Shown here: in pieces, positions 51,740 through 64,000 of the stretch
Numbering within the stretch: position 1 is the first letter of the stretch
Layout: each line of letters begins with the position of its first letter
Source of the DNA: Stegostoma tigrinum
Taxonomy: Eukaryota
Direction of reading: 5' to 3'
NCBI RefSeq assembly: GCF_030684315.1
Contig: NC_081396.1
Location: 3,906,001 to 3,970,000, forward strand
Length of the DNA stretch: 64,000 nucleotides
Made by a program: the position numbers and the translations under genes
The notes under the pieces: generated by a model
What the model was told of the DNA's origin: nothing
Databases searched by the model: none
What the model saw: only the letters and a program-made list of their open reading frames with translations

Positions 51740-53580
51740 TCTACTCCCAGAAGATGAGATAGCTTTGGGAAATGCGATTATGGACAACCACCAAAAGAAT
51801 AACAAGCTAGAGAACATAACCCCTCAAAGATCACTGAGGCCACTGTGCATGGAACTGCAGGTGGTGGATGAGATACTCAACGAGGATTTTGCATCAATGT
51901 CACTGTGGAGAAGGTTATATAAGCTGAGGATGTTGGGAAAACCAGGCGCAATAGCATGAACAATATCCACAAGACAGAGGAGGATGTGTTGTACCTCTTG
52001 AAAAAGAATTAACGTTGATAAACCTCCGGGACCCCGTCAGATGTGGCCCAGAAAATTTTTGGAAAGCTTGGGAAGTGATTGTTGGGCACCTTGTTGAGAT
52101 AGCGGCATCATCAATAACGATATCTGAGATGGCGTCAGATGGAGTTGAGCCACCATGTTGACATTATGAAAGAAACGTGGTGAGGAAAAGTCATGGATCT
52201 GTAGACAGGATCTGTGACTGACATCAGTGGTGACCAAGGTGTTGGAGGAGATTCTGAGGGAAACGCTTTACATGCATTTGGAAAGGCAGAAATTGGTTAG
52301 AGTATAAAGGATGGCTGAGTCAATGGAGATTCGTTTCTCACTAAATTGATTGATATTCTTGAAGGCACGCAGAAGAGAATGGAAGAACTCAAGGCATAGG
52401 ATATGGACTCAAATAAGATTTTCGAAAAGGTTCTGCATGGTAGATGGGTTAACAGGTTTAAGCTCACGGATTTCAGGGGAAACTAATCTTTGGGAAACAT
52501 AAGTTTCTGGAAGATAGGAGACAGTGGATGGTCGTGGGCAGAAATTTTTCGGACTGGAGGACTATAACAAGCGGTGTGCAGCTAAGATTGGTGCTAGATA
52601 TTTATTTTTCATCATTCACATAAATGATTTGAAAGTGAATATAGTAGCAATTTTTAGTAAGTTTCCGGAAATCAAAAAAAAATCATCATGAAATGGACAA
52701 CCAAGAAGCTGAACTTCGGGTAAATCAAAATGTCATCGAATGGGACAATGGTCCAAAAAGTTACAGATGGAGCAACGTTCGGTATATTTGTGTTGCTGCA
52801 TTTTGTTAGCGCAAATCAGGTCATAATTCATATACTTAAAGTCCTTGGGAGTGTTGCCAAAGAAACATACCCTGGACTGCAGTTTTGCATTTGCTCAAAA
52901 GTCGAATAACATGTAAGGCAGGGCCGTGCGTCGGGCGTTTATTGTGCTTGCCTTTGCTGGTAAGTGCACCGAGGATGGGAAATGGGACGCCATTTTGTCA
53001 TTGTCTATCTGTACCAGACATTGTTTCAGCCAATTTTGGATTGTACACTTATTTCTGACTGCCTGCCTCAGGAACGATGCAATTGAATTGAAAATTTTCA
53101 GAGAGGAGGTAGAAGGTTTTTTGCTAAGTTTAGAGAATTCTAGCGATCGGGAGAGACCGAATAGCCTGGTATAACTTTACCTGAAGTGTCGAAAGCTGAA
53201 TTGTGATCTATAGAAGTTTATAAAATCATGAGTGTCACGGATAGGGTGACTAGCCAAGATATGTTTTTTTTTCAAGTGGAGACCAACACGAGTGGGCATT
53301 GTTTGAATTTGACAGCAGAAGAATTTTGAAAAGACATAATGGGCAAATGTTCCATGGGAAGGATGGTGAATGCATGGAATGAACTGCCAGACGATGTGGG
53401 AGAGGCAGGTACAATTACAATACTGAAAATCACCTGGATGCAGGCATGAATGTGAAGGCTTTTTACAGGGATATGGGCAAAATGATAGAAACTGAGGCTA
53501 GATTAATTTAGGACATCTCATTGGCATTGACGAATTTGATGGAAGAATTTATTTCTATGGTCTACGTCGTTGTGGCTCTG
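51740..53580 (+). mobile_element. CR1 LINE ORF2 3' half, decayed
   Basis: Remnants EILNEDFAS and ICRQ.SVTDISG, with a CR1 3' UTR-like end near 53570. Confidence 0.75.
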
Positions 53581-53687
53581 TCCAGCCTCTCCCTGTGAGG
53601 CTCACCTTCCATGCTATTGAGTAATTCCTGAGCATGCTCCAACCGAATAGTATCCTTCTAAAAACCTTTTCACATATTTTTCAAGGT

Positions 53688-56600
53688 ACAGCCTGATGAT
53701 ATAGTCATCAGTTAACTGCAACTTGCCCTCAGTTTTGATGCTGGAACCGACAAGTCATACGGTTTTAGGTTAAACATGGACAAAGAAAGGACCTTCTGAT
53801 TACAATGTGTCATCTTCCTTTGGTTGATGAATAAGTTCTCCTCTGCGTTGAACAACATTTGGGTTAAGCATCGAAGGTGTCAAGGAAGCAGAATGTATTT
53901 GGGGAAGGGGAATTCAATGCACACTATTAAGCATGGCCACACTCCTGTGCGAGTTGCTCGGGTCCTAACAGGCATAGATGTTAGACTGGGTCTGACGCAG
54001 CTGGTGATGGAAGCAACAAGATGGAAAATATATGTTTGAACTTACCCTTACTTCTATTTGGCTGCACAAAATATAATAAGAAAAAGGATAACCAGACAAC
54101 CGTTGTGGAGCGCAAGTCTCAAGTTCATATTGAGGAAACTCTCCATTGTGTTGTTCGGCACTCTCGGCGTTCTAAATGGCATAGATAAAGCAACACAGTT
54201 CTTGGCAATAATGAGGTCATTGGGCCATCAAAATAATCAGAATTTTTCTCCAGTACAATGTGCAACCTCATAGTGCTGCATATTGCTCACTCAGAAATTA
54301 TCGCCAAGAGAGGGCATCAGTCCCGGTTTAATGGAAAGTACAGGATGCCATCCCTGGAACAGCAATAGGGAAGAGTTTTCAACATGGTACAGCTACCACA
54401 GAGGGACTATGATGATGTCAAACAGCATAAACAGCACTTGATGAACCGGGCTAAGTGAACATGCAACTAACAGATCAGGTCTAAACTCTGTCATGACGCC
54501 ACGTCAAGTCATGATGTGAGATGGATAATTAAATAACACAGTGGAGAATCAAGCTCCACAGATATTGCCATCTTCAAAGATGGAAGAGCCAACACATCAA
54601 TGCAAATGTTAAGGCTGAAGAATTAACAGCAATCATCAGCCAGAAGTGTCAAGTTAATGATGCATCATGACATCCTGTTGTGCTCAACACCTGTGCAAGG
54701 GTCACTGGTCCAGAAACGCTATAACAGCCTTTCTTTTTTCACAGATGCTGTCAGACCTATGGGCTTTTCCAAAAACTTTGTTTTTCTTCCTGATTTACAG
54801 CTTTCACAGTTCTTTCGGGTTTTTTTTTCAAAGTAGGAAGTCCACTGATCCGTGAAATTTGAATTAAAGGAAAGCCAGGAATGAAAAAATGAAGTCTAAT
54901 GGCAACAATATAACCAGAGTCAATCGAAAATAATAGAATATCCTGTTTTACCATGTCAACTAACAAGTAAATCTGTCAGCATTACTTGGTCTGACCTTCA
55001 TGTGGCTCGAGATGCACAGTAATGTAATTGCCTGCCTTCTGGAGTGGCAGTGGCAAACTAATCAATGGGCGATTTTGGATAAGAACACATTCTTGCTGAA
55101 CCAGTAATGTCGACATTCCACAAATTAATAAAATAAAATATGAACGTCACTAAAACTCACTAAACAATATCAATTAATTTAAATTGCTGTAGCAGGTCCT
55201 AATGTCCTTTCAAGCATTTTTAATGAAAATTCTAACACCAGCTTTGAGCTTTGTTGAGTTCTTGAATATGTTCTGGTCAAAACGGATTGAAGTGTAATGA
55301 ACAGAATGTTCCAGATAAATAAAGTTGCACAGAAGCGTTTCCTTGACTGTGGCTTCAGAACACCCATGATTGAATTTTTAACCTAAATTAAACTTATAAA
55401 ATTCGTGCTTATCGTTTGGAAAGAAATATCATCTACTGCAATTAATGTGCAAGAAATTTGTATTCATTTCTGCTAACTGTCAATATTCTTAAAATAAACT
55501 TGTTTTGATTTGAAACTTTCTGATAAAAAAGTTTCAATCATTTGCATTTGTCTCCATCAGCACTTGTTTGAAACCATTGAACCGTTTATGTAAATATATA
55601 CAGAAATAGAACTCTCAGAATAGATTATAGAGCAAGAAAAACACAATTTATCCTTTCCCACAATCACAGCACATTCGTCAAACGCCAATTGACGTGAATG
55701 CTTTTTAAAACATATTGTTTTATGAGTGGACAATCAAATGATACCAATATTCACGGTTAGCGAAAATATGCATCTTGAATTGCAAGATAGATTGGCACAG
55801 CCAATGTTTCTGTGTCTGTCTATGTCTGTCTTTTTTTCTCTCTTCCTATCCGGTTTTCTCCTCTTCATTTTTTTGCCAGTTGACGACGTGTTCTGCTGCT
55901 CCACCATGGAAAATGTTTTCCTCCATAACATGAAGTCAACACACAACTAACACATACTCTCAGTCCAACTAATGCGTCAGCATTTGAGTCTCTTGAGGAA
56001 GGTTTTCTCGAAAACCTGTCTCTGTGAATCCAGCAATCTGGAATTGCTCAACGATAACGGATGGAGTGGTCTTTAAACAAGATCTGGTATATGATGTATC
56101 GAGATTGTGAGGCTTTACTGTGATCGTGTTGAAATGGCTTTTCGTTGTGTCTCACCAGTATTTCTCAGGGGTGAGGAATGTTAGAATGCAATACACGTTG
56201 AATCTATTATTAATCTTTATTGCACATCTCAAGGAATGTTGAAAATTAAAGTGAAGTGGGTATTTACTCCCCAACGAGAGTGTGGCATACATGCACAAGG
56301 AGTGTCAGTGTTGAAAGGAATGTTGAATGGAGTTCGACACTGCGCCGAAATCAGACTATAGTTGACTTGATAATGTTAATTTGAATAAAATAGAGGAATA
56401 TTTCTTCTGAACATACTGAGTCTGTGCAATCACTGCCAACATCTGATGCAACAATACAAAGAATTCTTTAACTCACAACATTATTTTCCTGATTTCGCAT
56501 TGTTTGATATCAGAGACAACAGGGACAAATTCCCGCATCAATCTTTTGCATTACAGATTTGTGTCTTATATTTGTAGAGCTACATAATATATGATATGTG

Positions 56601-59480
56601 TAACATGTGTACATCCCATGCCTCAAGGCCAATCGTGTGTGTCATAGGGTAGTTTATATCATTTTAATCTGCCTTTAAACTTATTTCTTTGTTTTGCTTT
56701 GTTCGACAAATATTCAACAACAGTAAAGATGTATAGGTTTAGTTGTTACGTTTGAGATAGGATGCAATCACACCAAAGTGGAGAGTGAAGATCTATGGAC
56801 GATATTATGGAGAGATTTTTTTCACGAGGAAATGAGCGTGAAGTGCGTTGGCTGTTCTTGTAAAACATGAATCTCAGGGTAAACATGAAAGAGGTGTATA
56901 CTAATTCTCACCGACCAACTTAGAGCAAATGTCACTTGTAATGCCAGAAGAATTGCAACCAGAAGTAAGCACTCTACCGATGGAGAATGTTCTTCCATTC
57001 AATGACATCATGTTTGAATATTCAATCCTCACCTCCATATTTCAGCCTTGTCGTCGCGTGAGTTGATTCCATCACCAATTAAAAATCTGTTCTTTTCGCC
57101 TTTGAAAATACATTACAAACCAGCCACAACATTCTTCTCTGATGAAGAATTCCACAGATTCAAGGCATTTGTGGAGAAGAAATTCTCGCCTGCCTTAAAT
57201 TTGTGACCTCTAATTCAGAAACCATATCCTTTGCTCCTAAACTCTCTCAAAAAGGAAATAACATTTCTAAAACGATACAGTTCCTGCCAAATAATACATC
57301 TTTCATTGTGTCACCATGCAGTATTCTACAGTGCGTTGAGAACCGGCCCTGAAATACTCAACCTTCACTCACAAGACAGTCCCTACCTCCTTTGGATCAT
57401 TCGACTGAATCAAATGCCGATTATCTCGCATAATAACAAAGTGTGAAGCTGGATGACCACAGCAGGCCAAGCAGCATCTCAGGCGCACAAAAGCTGATGT
57501 TTTGGTCCGAGACCCATCATCAGAGCTCGAGGCCCGAAACGTCAGCTTTTGTGCTCCTGAGATGCTGCTTGGCCTGCTGTGTTCACCCAGCTTCACACTT
57601 TGTTATCTTGGATTCTCCAGCATTTGCAGTTCCCATTATCTCCGATTATCTCACATTCGACTGCATCTTCTCTTCGACACAAAGCCCAAAGCAGGTCCCA
57701 GCATTCCATCTGTTTTGTGACGGGTGCTTGCGTAGCTTTAATAAGGTGTATAATTTCATAGAATTGTACTGCCCGAGAAAACCTTTCAGTCTAACTTATT
57801 TGCACCGAGTAGAGATCCCAAGCTAACTTAGTATGACTTGGAAGCATTTGTTCCACATTCCTCGAAATTCTTCGCATTCACAGACTCATCCAGGTTCATT
57901 GTAAATGTTGTTATTCTATGTATCTACATCATTTCCTCTGACAGCCCGTTCCACAGATGCTGCATCCTCTCCGTGAAAAAAACCCTGTAGATCCTTTTTC
58001 CACATTCCCCTCCCACCTTAATCAAATAATCTCGAGTTTCGGGCTCACGCACACCAAAAGGAGTCCTTGGAGATTCAACCAATCAAAGCCCCTTGAGATT
58101 TATAAATTTCAATAAGGTCATCTCTCAGCCTCCGATGCTGCAGGGAAAATGTCTATTCAGCCCTTGCCGACAGAAAAAATACTCCAGTTCCAGCACCATC
58201 CATGCGAATCATCGCTTCATTGTCTCAAATACCTCTATTTTAACAAAACCCTCCCGATATAATTCCCACTACAATTGTGCGAAGTATTCCAAAAGTGCCC
58301 ACATGAATGTCCTATGAAGTTGCAACATGACATCACAACTCCTGCACTAAAGTTCTGACCAATGAAGCCAAATGTGCCAAATGTCTTCTTCTCCTTACAG
58401 CACAGAAACAAATTTGCCAGACCGATCATTCCTGAAGACCATAACTCAATGTAAAGACGTGCAGACACTTGGCCAATATCCGTCCAAACCTTTCTTATTC
58501 ACGTTCTCGTCCAAATGTTTCCAAATCTTTTAACTGTGCTTGTATCAACCACTTCCTCTGGAAATTCTTTCCACAAATGAACCAATCTCTGTGTAAAAGA
58601 AAATGCCCTCGTGTCGTTTCTAAATCTTTATTCTCAAACCTTAAAAATATGCAAATTGGTCTTGAAACACACCAAAAAAAGGAAAATAAACCTATTGTTC
58701 ACCTTATCTACACAGGTCATGATTTATATTTTAAAATAACAACCTGTAAGATCACCCCGCAAACATCTACAGTCGAGAGATAAAAGCCACAATCTATTCA
58801 ACTCCTCCTTATATCAAAATCTGCAGTTCCAGAACATGAGATAGCTTTGGCAAAAAGTTTTTCAGGAGAATACAGGGTGATTTTACAAATACATTCAGGA
58901 CACCAGATTAACTGATGAGACATTAGGACCTCAAAGCTCAGCAAGGCCAACTATGTGTACAGCCGCAGATGAGAGTCAGAAGAAGGTTGCCAAATTTGCA
59001 GGGTTTCAACCACAAGGAGAGTCTGAATAGGCTGGGAATATCTTCCGTGGAACTTCGGAGGCTGAGGGGTGACCTTACAAATGTTTACCAAAGCATGACG
59101 CAGATGTGTATCATGAATAGCCAACGTCGTTTCCCCGCTGTAAGAGTGTAAAAAAAACAAATGGTGTAAGTTAAGTTTCAGTTGGGAGCACACAGATTTG
59201 GAAGCGACTAAAGGAGCAACTCTTACCCGCAGAAGTGCTGCATGGACAGAATGAACTGCTGGAGGAAGTGATTGAAGCTGGTGTCATTGAAACAGATAAA
59301 ATGTATCAGAATTGAGAGATAATAAGACTGTTTCAAATGGATGGAGGCGAAATGCTGGCAAAGAGACTCGATTAATTTAGAATATTTAATCAGTACAGAC
59401 GAACTGGACTGAAGTGTCTGCTTCTGTGTTGTCCATTTTTATCAATCTATGACTTTATACAGTCTCTCCCTATAATTCAA
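53688..59480 (+). repeat. Old internal tandem duplication, copy B (with deletions relative to A)
   Basis: Same anchors as copy A. Copy B lacks about 45.3-47.5 kb and about 51.9-53.1 kb of copy A. Confidence 0.8.
57432..57641 (+). mobile_element. Short palindromic Penelope-terminal-repeat-like element with 15-bp target-site duplication
   Basis: Inverted arms about 57433-57507 and 57533-57606; TSD CCGATTATCTC(G/A)CAT at 57417-57431 and 57642-57656. Confidence 0.88.
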
Positions 59481-59829
59481 ATCTTCAGTTCCCACAATAT
59501 CCTGATAAATCATTTCTGCATCCTCTCCAGCTTGATAACATACTTCCTATAATAGGGCGACTAGAGCTGGATACAGTCCGGCAGAAGGGTCCTCATCAAT
59601 CTCCCGCAGAAACTCAAGATCGATTTGTGACTCTGATATTCAACAGTCTAAGAAATGAAGGTATGCATGCTTAACGACGTCTGAACCATTCCGACTACAT
59701 GTGAAGCAAACTTCAAAGAATAATTCTCTTGGTATTAAAATACTACATAAAGCACCAGTGTCACTTTAAAAAATGTCATGACTCAGTTGTTTTACCAAAG
59801 CACAACACATCACATTGAAATAAAACGAA

Positions 59830-62800
59830 CACGGAACATAGAACAGCACAGCATATTACAGGCTCTTTAGCCCGTGATGTGGTGGTACCTGTTATACCAC
59901 TAAGATCAATCTACTCTGCATACCCTCCATTTTATTCTCCTGTATGCTCCTATCCACGAGTGGCTCAGAAGTTTCCAGAGTGTCTGACTCCACTACCACT
60001 GTTGGAAGCAAATTCTACATGCTCACCACTCTCCATGTGAGAAATTACTTCTGATGTCTTTCTTACCTCCCTCCAATCGCCTTAAAATTATGTCCCCTCA
60101 TAATAATAATTTTCACCATTTGAAAAATAAAATGTCTCTGACTATCCACTCTATCCGTGCATCCCATCATCTTGTATAGCTCTATTAAGTCATCTCTCGT
60201 ACTTCTTCACTTCAATGGCAAAAAAGCCCTAGCACCTTCAACCTTTCATCATAAGATCTGGCCACCAATCCTGGCAGCATCCTGGTAAACCTCCTCTGCA
60301 CCCTCTCTAAAGCTTCCACTTTTCACTAGTGATGAGGTGGACCTGAAATGAACACAATACTCCAAATGTTGTACAAACAGAATTTTACACAGTTGCAGCA
60401 TAACCTAACAGTTCTTGAACACTAGCCCACTGTCAATGAACACGAATCCATCACACAACCTCTTTTCAACCCGATCAATTTAATAGCAACTTTGAGAGAT
60501 CAATGGACGTTGTTCCCAATATCCCTCTGTTAATCCACACTGCTGAGTATCCGGTCATTATGCTTGTAATCTGCATTTAAATCCTATCTTCCAAAATGAA
60601 TTACTTCACACTTTACTGGTTTGAATTCCATCTACCATTTCCTTGCCCAGCTCAGCATTCTGTCAATGTCTCGTTCCAACGACAACAGCACTCCATGCAT
60701 TCCACAATCCACCAACCTTCGTGTCATCGCCAAATTTATTAAGCCACCCTTTCACTTCCTCATCCAAGCCGTTTGTAATGATCATAAAGAGCAGATCTCC
60801 CACATCAGACCCCTGGGGAACACCACTGGTCACCGTGCTCCAGGCTGAATACTTTCCATCTCCGAAAATATTCTGACTTTGTCTCATCAGTTTTGGCTAT
60901 TCCGGATGCATGCAAATCCCATCCCACAGAATCCAACAACTCACCCATTACTGCCTTCAGGCTCACCAGTCTGTAGTTCCTTAGATTCTTCATCTTGTCT
61001 TTCCTATTTAAATAGCAGCACCACAGGAGCCACACTCCAGTCTTCCTGAACCTCACCTGTGGCTGTCGATGGTATGAATATCTCAGTCAAGGGCCTCAAA
61101 ATCTCTTCCCCAGATTCACATTAAGCTCTAGGGAGCACGTTATCATTTCCCTCGTTTCCCAGCTCCCAAGTTTTCACTCCTCTCTCCACAGTAAATTCCG
61201 ACGCAAAATATTCGTGTAGAACCTCACCCATCTCCCTTGCTTCCACGCATAGACGGCCACGTTGATCTTAAAGGGTCTCTATTTTTTCCCGAGTCACTGA
61301 ATTGCCCGTAATGCAATCAAAGAAATACTGAGATTCTCGTTATCTCCATTTACCAGTCTGTCTCATGTCCACCTTTGCCCTACCAAGATGCCTCTCAGGT
61401 ATACTATTTCTGCAATTACACTCTTCTCAATATACACTCGATCCAAGCTATCCATATCTCATGATTGCCTTCCTTTAGTATGCTAGAGACACAAATCCTC
61501 TACTCATCCAGCATTCCCTACTCCAACAGCGTTACCCTTTGCACAAATAGGTATGTCCTGGAGCTGAACTGCCGTTATCTCATCCTTAAAGTTCTCCGAC
61601 TTCCCAATCATTCCTTTAAATTTGAATATTTTCTCTCAATCAATTTCGCACAGCTCCTGCCTTAAGCTATCAAAATTGTCCTCACTCTAATTCAGAATAT
61701 TATTTTTTGCGCAGTTCTCTCGTTTCCCCTAATTCTTTTCAAACCGATATAATTATAGTCACTAGCCACAAAGTTACCCTCCACATAGACAATAGTCAAT
61801 TGCCCTGCATTACTTCGAAACAGAACGTCAAGGAAAAAAAAAATCTCCAGTTGGTACAACCACGTATTGAATAAGGACGTTTTCTTGTGAACAGTGCCAA
61901 TTTCCTCCACGTCCAAGCTCTCAACTGTGTGACAGTCTCATTCTGTGTTTGGAAAGTTAAAACCCTCTCCCATTATGCTATTTTTCTTCCAGATATCCGA
62001 GATCAGCTCGCATATTTGCTTCTGATTTTCCCACACACTTTTGGGAGGCCTCTAACACAAACCAAATAAGATGATCATCCTTCTCTCATTTTAAAATTGA
62101 CCCACATGGTTTCACTAGCCGGTTTCACAGCAATACCTCCACTTTGTATAACTGTAAAGTTCTCACAAAATAAAAGCGCCACTCCCCCTTCTGACTTGCT
62201 TCCCATTGTCTCCTTACTATAGCCGTACCCCTGGAACATCAACTGCCAGTCCTGTCCATCTCTGACGCAGTTTTTCTAATTGCAATCTTCCCGAACATAC
62301 CTGAAGCCTATCTGTATTCTCTGTCAGTCCTGTTGCTTTCAAATAACAATGTTTAATTAATTCGTCTTACTTTGTCTTTGTCAATGTCCTGTCGTTATTG
62401 CCTATTTAATTGATCATATTATCTCCTGTATTGGTTTCAGACTTACTCTTTTCTTCCTATTGCTTTGGTTCCCACCACTGCCATACCATTCCCCCAACTA
62501 ACTTAAAGCCTCACAAACAGTGTAAGCGCATACCCCATCATGGATATTGGTTGTCTTCCATTTCGGCTGGAAACCTTCCCTCTTACACAGATCATTTGTA
62601 CCACTGAAGAGATCCCAACGGTCCAAAAAAGGCAAAACTTGTCCCCTGCAAGACATCATCAGCCACACAATCATATGCCCTATTCTTCTACTCCTACTCT
62701 CAAAGTTACAATAGATAGGAAATAAAGCCCAACACTAATTTCGCTTTCCTTATAAGTGATTGTTAAATTTAAAAAAAGTTCGATTTTGTTGTGATTTAAG
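59830..62800 (-). mobile_element. CR1 LINE, long decayed copy (ORF2 endonuclease-RT to 3' UTR)
   Basis: YSAWSTVTSGVPQGSDVGDLLFMIITNGLDEEVKGWLNKFGDDTKVGG (60663-60887) and NYRLVSL (60805-61056). Confidence 0.9.
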
Positions 62801-64000
62801 GACGAGCACACGCAAATCTGTTGTGTTGATTTCTCAATTTATTTTTATTTAAATAAGATTGAACCGTTACATTTTTGCTCTCAAACTGCATAACCTCAAC
62901 TTTTCCATTTATTCTCATTCTTTTCATCTCTTCTTCATTAATATGCCAAGTTTTTTTTTGAACTTTGTGCTGACTGTCACGTCCTGTCTATATCCCTCAG
63001 CATTTTTTGCGCCATCTTCACCATTTACCTTTTCTGATTTTTTTGTTTTATTTGCAAACTTGCTGAAAACATACTGACTTTCCTCAACTCAGTCATTATT
63101 GTACCCTTCAAATATTTGTGCACCTCACACTGATTCCAGTGATGCTACATTAGTTAGACGTTGACATCCTATAAAATAAAATTCTTCATCTAAGTGTCTT
63201 TCTGCTTTGATTTTGGCAATCCTCTGTCCAGGCTACTGCACTACCTCCAAAGCCACTAGCTCTTATCTGGTTGTTATCATACAGGTGGGACCAGATCTCA
63301 TGTCTTCGGAAAATCTCCACATATTGCAAGTGCTGAACCCTCCTTATTTTTTATTCTACGTTATCACATCTTCTTATGTTACTTACCAGGCGAAATTTCA
63401 CTTGCATGAAACTATTTTCTGTCCTCTTGATTATGCTATGTAATTTTTAAACGCACTGTTGTTACATTTTCCCCAGTAATGATATTCAACAAAGTGACTT
63501 TACTCACCCTTTCTGTTGTCTTTTTTTCAATAAAGGTGTTATCCAATCATCAGGGTCTTTTCCAAAATTAAATGATTGCTGGAAAGTTGAATCCAGTATG
63601 TTGAACGCTTCTGCCCTTATTTATTCTTTTTTTAAATCCTCAATCGGATCTCATTAGTTGCAATGTAATTAGTTATATTTAGTCCTATTGATTTATCTGC
63701 TCTTTTACCCAGTGAAAGTTACTGCGTTGTATTCCTCACCTTTTATTTTTGCCCTTTCGTATTTACCCATTTTGGAATGCTAGTGTGAAGGTAGATGCAC
63801 GGGATTTTTTCAACTCGCCTGTCGCATTATGGTTCCTAAATATTCATCCCCAGCTCCATTAATTTTGGCCTATCTTTTCCTTTCAATATATTTAAGGAAG
63901 TTTCTGCTGTCCGTTTCAATATTACCTGTAATTTTTCATTCAATGTTTACCTTCTCACGCATCATTAATTTTTTGCTTTCCCTTTGATAGTTTTTTTAAA
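62047..64000 (+). repeat. Copy 2 of the long direct repeat (paralogue of 1-1960), running off the window end
   Basis: Same collinear blocks as positions 1-1960. Confidence 0.9.

Larger units (their letters stand above)
44250..53600 (+). repeat. Old internal tandem duplication, copy A
   Basis: Collinear anchors with copy B: 44251/53688, 47700/54859, 48900/55880, 49170/56140, 50390/57370, 51745/58828. Confidence 0.8.

Overview
Vertebrate genomic DNA from a cartilaginous fish (shark-type repeats and Ig sequences; species not determinable). The left 26 kb holds a complete, germline-configuration immunoglobulin heavy-chain IgM minilocus on the minus strand: leader (25764-25812), VH (25335-25639), D1, D2, JH with 23 / 12-22 / 12-12 / 23 RSS spacers, Cmu1-Cmu4 with secretory tail, and TM1/TM2. 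By hand translation every exon is open and every GT-AG junction is phase-compatible. The rest is mostly decayed CR1, L2/Jockey-like and Penelope-like retroelements and SINEs. It includes an old internal tandem duplication (about 44.2-59.5 kb), and the window start is repeated about 62 kb later, suggesting tandemly repeated Ig-cluster units. The most unusual signals are: a TSD-flanked foldback insertion with a hammerhead-ribozyme core in the Cmu4-TM1 intron; an orphan AG|GTGAGT micro-exon or recursive-splice site between Cmu2 and Cmu3; an exact 45-bp-period array just downstream of JH; an octamer/E-box cluster in the V-D1 spacer; and an RSS-like relic in both copies of the internal duplication. 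An N gap lies inside the J-C intron. Repeat boundaries are approximate, and no searches or alignments were run.
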